Shown here piece by piece: positions 44,990 to 49,268 of a DNA stretch of 49,268 nt (position 1 is the first letter of the stretch; every line of letters starts with the position of its first letter). The position numbers were made by a program, and so were the translations under genes. Origin of the DNA: Klebsiella phage vB_Kpn_K2alpha62. The notes under the pieces are model-generated. The model saw only the letters and a program-made list of their open reading frames with translations. It was not told the DNA's origin and ran no database searches. Location: the sequence record OY978817.1, one strand, 5' to 3'.

Positions 44990-45234
44990 TGGAAACGGTA
45001 AAAGTAATTTGCACGCACGCTGGCTATTCGCCGCTATCCACCTATTTCACACCTGGCAGCGAGTATGACGCCAGGTTCGGCCCTGGGCTTGATGAAGTAT
45101 GGATTTTGCAGGACGACCAGGGAACCACTGAGGACGAAGAATTCTGGCCCGCCTGCCGTATGCCGGACGAAAAGATCGCCATGTATGCCAATAGGCCATA
45201 CGAAAACAACGTTCTATTTGAGGTGAAAGTATGA
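44989..45234 (+). CDS. hypothetical protein
   Basis: 81-aa ORF, overlapping starts and stops. Confidence 0.55.
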   Translation: METVKVICTHAGYSPLSTYFTPGSEYDARFGPGLDEVWILQDDQGTTEDEEFWPACRMPDEKIAMYANRPYENNVLFEVKV

Positions 45235-45416
45235 AAGTAAGCAAAAAGAAACTCGCGCTGTATTGGGCCTTCTTCCTGGTTGGCCTGGCCCTGCATGACA
45301 GCGTTGGCTGGCAGACGATCGGAATGCTGTGCATGATTATTGGTGTATGCCTACTGTCTGAGATTAACGGGTTCCGCCGTGGGTATCGGGCAGCGTTCAG
45401 TGGCGAAAAAGAATAG
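45231..45416 (+). CDS. small membrane protein
   Basis: YWAFFLVGLALHDSVGWQTIGMLCMIIGVCLL. Confidence 0.6.
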   Translation: MKVSKKKLALYWAFFLVGLALHDSVGWQTIGMLCMIIGVCLLSEINGFRRGYRAAFSGEKE

Positions 45417-45456
45417 CACTTTTTGTTAAAACTGCCGTAACGTCATTTGATAAAGT
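45414..45456 (+). promoter_or_regulatory. promoter family member: TAGCACTTTTTGTTA-N22-TAAAGT
   Basis: TAG = stop of the 45231 gene; 83 nt upstream of ATG 45497. Confidence 0.65.
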
Positions 45457-45496
45457 GGCGTTACTGAAGTGAAACAATCCAATCAGGAGCAACGCA

Positions 45497-45715
45497 ATGA
45501 ACGATAATTTAATCGCACTGCTGGAAGAACTTAATTCCTACGGCTGCGCATACATCGAGCTTTCGAGCGAGCAGGTTATTGAAGTCGCAATCGACGATGA
45601 CGCCGGGTTTACCAAATTAAGGGTGGCGGAAGGAGCCGAAGAGGAATTCGAAGACTGCGGCATCCGTGAAGTAACCAACCTTCTCGAAGTTCACCGGGTT
45701 AAGGAGATCCGATAA
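45497..45715 (+). CDS. small acidic hypothetical protein
   Basis: 72-aa ORF with RBS. Confidence 0.6.
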   Translation: MNDNLIALLEELNSYGCAYIELSSEQVIEVAIDDDAGFTKLRVAEGAEEEFEDCGIREVTNLLEVHRVKEIR

Positions 45716-45915
45716 TGAAAACCGTCAAGCTAATGGTTGTCAATGCGGCACGCGAACGTGAACGCCACCTTATCGGCTGCGTATTCGATGCTGTCGAGGT
45801 CAAAGACTCAAAAGGAGACTTTCACGTAATACATGGCGGATACCTTAACGAATTTATCGTCAATCCGCTTGATACTGACGAAGATTTGACCATCCGTGTT
45901 GGTGGTGAGCCGTAA
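45715..45915 (+). CDS. small hypothetical protein
   Basis: 66-aa ORF, coupled start. Confidence 0.55.
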   Translation: MKTVKLMVVNAARERERHLIGCVFDAVEVKDSKGDFHVIHGGYLNEFIVNPLDTDEDLTIRVGGEP

Positions 45916-45963
45916 AACGCGCTTTTCCACCTGCGGAAAGTATCGAAGGCGTCGCAGCGCAAG

Positions 45964-46203
45964 TTGTTGGTTCGCGCACTGAAGCGCATAGCGAAGCAGC
46001 GCGGATACACCGATGCATACATCCGCAAGTTCGGCACGTTCGCTGGCGTAGGCGATTGGGCGCGGTCATGGGCCGACTTTTACTTCAACAAATCCGGCGA
46101 ATTCTGTTCCACGCATACGGACTGGCTGCATGGCACAGAACACGATCCCGTTAACGGCCACGAGTGGTACGAATTCATTGAGGCGGAATTAGACGCCCTT
46201 TGA
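45964..46203 (+). CDS. hypothetical protein, start uncertain (TTG)
   Basis: coding-like sequence extends upstream of any normal start. Confidence 0.45.
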   Translation: MLVRALKRIAKQRGYTDAYIRKFGTFAGVGDWARSWADFYFNKSGEFCSTHTDWLHGTEHDPVNGHEWYEFIEAELDAL

Positions 46204-46246
46204 TAGCACGAATTGCTAAAACGAACGTCCGGGGATGGTGCATACT
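46204..46246 (+). promoter_or_regulatory. promoter family member: TAGCACGAATTGCTA-N22-CATACT
   Basis: 75 nt upstream of ATG 46279; GGGGAT/ATCCCC dyad spans the -10. Confidence 0.75.
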
Positions 46247-46278
46247 ATCCCCACACCAACGAACAAAGGAAATCATCC

Positions 46279-47008
46279 ATGAACAACCTGAAAATTACCC
46301 TGATCCCGGCCGTCGATTCAACGGTTGACTCTTTCGCTAAATTTACCAAGGGCAAGCGCTACCCCGCCGTTGCCTTCACCAACTACTCCGGCGATCTGCT
46401 GTACAAGGTCACAGACGACAACGGGCATGAGCACGCGGTAAACCCAAAGGGGTCTAAGTGCCTGGGCGGCCATCGCTTCGATATCGAGCCCCGCCGTTGC
46501 CTTCACCAACTACTCCGGCGATCTGCTGTACAAGGTCACAGACGACAACGGGCATGAGCACGCGGTAAACCCAAAGGGGTCTAAGTGCCTGGGCGGCCAT
46601 CGCTTCGATATCGAGTATCCGATCGAGGATTGCAGCAAGCGCGAGTCGCTCACCATCAGCGCGGCAAACATCGGGGACGGGTTTATTAGCCGGGCCTGCA
46701 TCGTTGACCTGATCCCGTCCGATAATCACGCCAAAGACGACGCCTACCCGCTGTTAAATGCCGTCGTTCGCGCCGGAATCGGCTGGGCGCTTAGTGATGC
46801 CACGTGCGAATCATTCATGCGGGAACCGTTCTCACGAATCGCGGAGCTTGAAAAACAGGTTGCTTTCCTGACTGGTGAGCTTCAGGCGGCGCACGCCAGG
46901 ATCGAGAAGGTTCGGGAAATCATGCGCAGCGAACCTGGCTATGACGTTGAAGATCACGCGCGAGTTTTGCGCATGATGGCCGACGCCTTCGCAAAACTCC
47001 AGCAATAG
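46279..47008 (+). pseudogene. about 200-aa early gene disrupted by a 127-bp tandem duplication
   Basis: N-terminal ORF 46279..46557 and C-terminal frame ending 47008; deleting one copy restores a 603-nt continuous ORF. Confidence 0.8.
46362..46615 (+). repeat. perfect 127-bp tandem direct duplication (46362-46488 / 46489-46615)
   Basis: both copies run CCCCGCCGTTGCCTTCACC...CGCTTCGATATCGAG. Confidence 0.95.
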
Positions 47009-47073
47009 CACGAACCACAAACACTAACCGGGGTTGCTGCATGGCTACCCCACCAAAGACAAGGAAAAACATC

Positions 47074-47265
47074 ATGATTTACGCAATTATTGCCCTGGCG
47101 GTTCTTGTTCTGGCCCTGTATGCGTGTGGCTGTTTACTCATGCGAGCCTTCCTGAAATCTGCTGATTCCAATGACAAAGACGATCTTTATCCTGTGTTGT
47201 GCTGGCCCTGGATTACACTTTCCGCCGTTGGCAGCGTGATCATTTACAGCAATTTTAAGTGGTGA
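47074..47265 (+). CDS. small membrane protein
   Basis: MIYAIIALAVLVLALYACGCLLMRAFL. Confidence 0.55.
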   Translation: MIYAIIALAVLVLALYACGCLLMRAFLKSADSNDKDDLYPVLCWPWITLSAVGSVIIYSNFKW

Positions 47266-47302
47266 GATGGCGCTTGGGTGCCAAAATGGATAGCCAGCAA
47301 AA

Positions 47303-47345
47303 TAGCACGAATTGCTAAAACCGATCAGGGGTATACTGGTATAGT
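47303..47345 (+). promoter_or_regulatory. promoter family member: TAGCACGAATTGCTA-N22-TATAGT
   Basis: 74 nt upstream of ATG 47377. Confidence 0.8.
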
Positions 47346-47376
47346 TACCCCATCGAAACGAAACGGAGTTACAGCA

Positions 47377-47589
47377 ATGAAAATCAAAATTACCAAAATC
47401 GACACTCTTAACGGTGAAGGCTCAATCACCCTGGAGGAATGCGGCCTCAAAATCGGAGACGTTCTTGATGTTGATGGCCACTTCAATGACGGCTCCTACT
47501 GTGTGATCGCCCCGCGCAATAGCGAGTTTATCCAGGCTGGTGACAATATCAGCGTAAGCGCAGACGAATGCGAGGTTGTGGAAGAATGA
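47377..47589 (+). CDS. small hypothetical protein
   Basis: MKIKITKIDTLNGEGSITLEECGLKIG... Confidence 0.6.
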   Translation: MKIKITKIDTLNGEGSITLEECGLKIGDVLDVDGHFNDGSYCVIAPRNSEFIQAGDNISVSADECEVVEE

Positions 47590-48161
47590 GCAACAAAATT
47601 TGGGTACTGACTTACACCATTGGAACCAACGAGGGGCGCAAATCGCGCCGCCTCATCTGCGACACCAAAGAGCGTGCGATTAGGCAGCAAACCGTTCTTG
47701 GTGGCGAACTTGTCGAGTATCTCCGCAAGCCTGAAGCGTTCAAGGTGAACTGGCCGGAAGGAATGGATATCAACGGCGCTTTAGCGAGCCTGCGTGAATT
47801 GCAGAACAACCCGAAGACGTGGAGCGACTTTCAATGCCTGCGGGCTGAGCCGGAAGTGAAGGCCGACCCGTTCACCAACATTCGGGCGCAGCACGCGGAG
47901 TGGTCGGATCGCCAGTTTGGCGACGTTGGGCCAGTCGGGCCGCTCAAACACCTGGCGAAAGAGGCTATTGAGGCCACCGAAGCGCCGGATGACATTAGCG
48001 AGTTCGCCGATATCCTCATGTTGGTATGGGACGCAACCCGCCGCGCAGGATTCAGTGATGAGCAGTTGGCTGAAGCGGTGGCGGAAAAGCTGGAACGGAA
48101 CAAGCGCCGGGCGTGGGGCGAGGTAAAAGATGGCGAACCTTGCCACCACATAAAAAATTAA
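47586..48161 (+). CDS. protein with C-terminal MazG-like/DUF550-type pyrophosphohydrolase domain
   Basis: HAEWSDRQFGDVGPVGPLKHLAKEAIEATEAPDDISEFADILMLVWDATRRAGFSDEQLAEAVAEKLERNKRRAW. Confidence 0.7.
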   Translation: MSNKIWVLTYTIGTNEGRKSRRLICDTKERAIRQQTVLGGELVEYLRKPEAFKVNWPEGMDINGALASLRELQNNPKTWSDFQCLRAEPEVKADPFTNIRAQHAEWSDRQFGDVGPVGPLKHLAKEAIEATEAPDDISEFADILMLVWDATRRAGFSDEQLAEAVAEKLERNKRRAWGEVKDGEPCHHIKN

Positions 48162-48230
48162 CGAAATCGAATACCGTTTAAAGCGCCTGTAAGCCATTCT
48201 GGCGGGCGCAAATTTAAGGAGTGCGATTGT

Positions 48231-48467
48231 ATGCCTGAATACTCGAAAGTCGAAGATATGCCGATTGGCGCAACGATTACTGGTATCCGTATGAGCGAGT
48301 CGGACGACGCCATCAAGCCGCTGGCGTTCCCGGTTACGCAGGTGGAGACGGACAGCAGAAAAGGGTTCATCTTCATCTACAAAAATTTCAATAGTCCGCT
48401 GCGGGTTGAAGTGTTCATCGCTCGCGGAACCTGGGTAGAATGGGAGAAGGGCAAATGTTCGGACTGA
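48231..48467 (+). CDS. small hypothetical protein
   Basis: 78-aa ORF. Confidence 0.55.
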   Translation: MPEYSKVEDMPIGATITGIRMSESDDAIKPLAFPVTQVETDSRKGFIFIYKNFNSPLRVEVFIARGTWVEWEKGKCSD

Positions 48468-48688
48468 ATGAAGCGCAGTACAACGCCGTGAAGCGCATAG
48501 CAAAGCAGATGGCAGCAGAAACAAAAGACGCCATCAAGAAGGACAAAAAGACCTACGATCAGGTCGCTGCGAAGATGATCGATAAACATTGGGCGCAAAT
48601 CAACACGCTGGTTACTCGCGGCCAGTTCATCTGGATAGCTGGCTACCTGGAGGGCCGTTTCGGTCGCCGTGATGGAGAGTATGAGTAA
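48455..48688 (+). CDS. small hypothetical protein
   Basis: MFGLNEAQYNAVKRIAKQMAAETKDAIKKDKK... Confidence 0.55.
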   Translation: MFGLNEAQYNAVKRIAKQMAAETKDAIKKDKKTYDQVAAKMIDKHWAQINTLVTRGQFIWIAGYLEGRFGRRDGEYE

Positions 48689-48715
48689 AAAATAAGCGAA
48701 CGAATCAACCGCCTA

Positions 48716-48744
48716 TTGACGCATTCACGCTGACCGGGTATCGT
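48716..48744 (+). promoter_or_regulatory. sigma70-like promoter TTGACG-N17-TATCGT
   Basis: good -35 and 17-nt spacer upstream of the last two genes. Confidence 0.55.
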
Positions 48745-48816
48745 TAAAAGCGTAGACACAAGAGGCGGTAAACATCCGCAAGTCTCGCCCCGCTTCGGGG
48801 CATTTATTGGAGGGTA

Positions 48817-49011
48817 ATGATGCAGTACAAGGTCATACTCACAGCAAGGAAAATGGGCGGCTTTTGCAAGTCCTGCATTCAAGAGTTCAGCATGACGATT
48901 GAGGCGAACGACACCGCCGACGCGGTAGAGAAAGCAAAAAAGCAATCCAGCGTCAATCTGGATACGCATAAAATCAACATCAACTACATAAGGGAAGTCA
49001 ATCAATGTTAA
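48817..49011 (+). CDS. small hypothetical protein
   Basis: MQYKVILTARKMGGFCKSCIQEFSMTIEAND...; RBS GGAGG. Confidence 0.55.
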   Translation: MMQYKVILTARKMGGFCKSCIQEFSMTIEANDTADAVEKAKKQSSVNLDTHKININYIREVNQC

Positions 49012-49268
49012 CTCTGATTGTAGCGTTAATTATGCTGGTTATAGGATTCTATGCAGGCACCTTCCACCTTGTCGAACGGCTGTCCAAGCGCGTGCATGAA
49101 GGCACTTTCGCCGCGATGCTGTACAACAAGAAAACGAAACGCTGGGAGAAAATTGGCGATCCGGGCGGTATCGCGAAACGAATTGAGTTTTCGCCGCTCC
49201 CGTATGTTGACTGTGAGCCATTTGCATCACTTCAGAAAACACTGAAGCGGCGTAACAAACTGATATAA
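49005..49268 (+). CDS. small membrane protein
   Basis: MLTLIVALIMLVIGFYAGTFHLVERL; ends exactly at the window end. Confidence 0.55.
   Translation: MLTLIVALIMLVIGFYAGTFHLVERLSKRVHEGTFAAMLYNKKTKRWEKIGDPGGIAKRIEFSPLPYVDCEPFASLQKTLKRRNKLI

Noticed and set aside
46318-46729. Two antisense ORFs sharing MVKATAGLDIEAMAAQALRPLWVYRVLMPVVVCDLVQQIAGVVGEGNGG, suggestive of paralogues
   Set aside because: They are simply the reverse translation of the 127-bp tandem duplication.

Overview
The window looks like a complete, or nearly complete, genome of a virulent T1-like (Drexlerviridae-type) siphophage. This placement is inferred from gene content and order; no database was searched. Rightward late genes run terS, terL, DUF1073-like portal, gp7-like protein, an HNH endonuclease insertion, DUF2213-like protein, capsid, connectors, tail tube, frameshifted tail chaperone, tape measure and lambda L/K/I/J-like tip genes. 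Leftward genes follow: tailspike, SSB, ERF, RecE-like exonuclease, primase and a small HTH protein. Then come a rightward helicase/VRR-NUC/Dam block, a decayed dNMP kinase, and a holin/SAR endolysin/u-spanin cassette. Last are a leftward DUF3987 operon and a rightward array of very small genes. No integrase, tRNA or CRISPR array was seen. The strongest unexplained signal is a family of 15 near-identical promoter modules on both strands, found only in the non-structural half. Each has a dyad TAGCA-N5-TGCTA, then 21-22 nt, then a -10 hexamer. There is no proper -35, and the start codon lies 71-84 nt downstream of the element. The dyad is centred near -42, the classic class II activator position. 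Its TAG often doubles as the stop codon of the upstream gene, and most copies carry a second dyad whose arm sequences change while the pairing is kept. Other notable items are a ~128-bp AT-rich inverted repeat at 26.3 and 41.6 kb with GTAAGAT iterons (candidate origins or an inversion substrate), a perfect 127-bp tandem duplication that breaks a gene, several apparent frameshifts and nonsense lesions, and a predicted unimolecular spanin.
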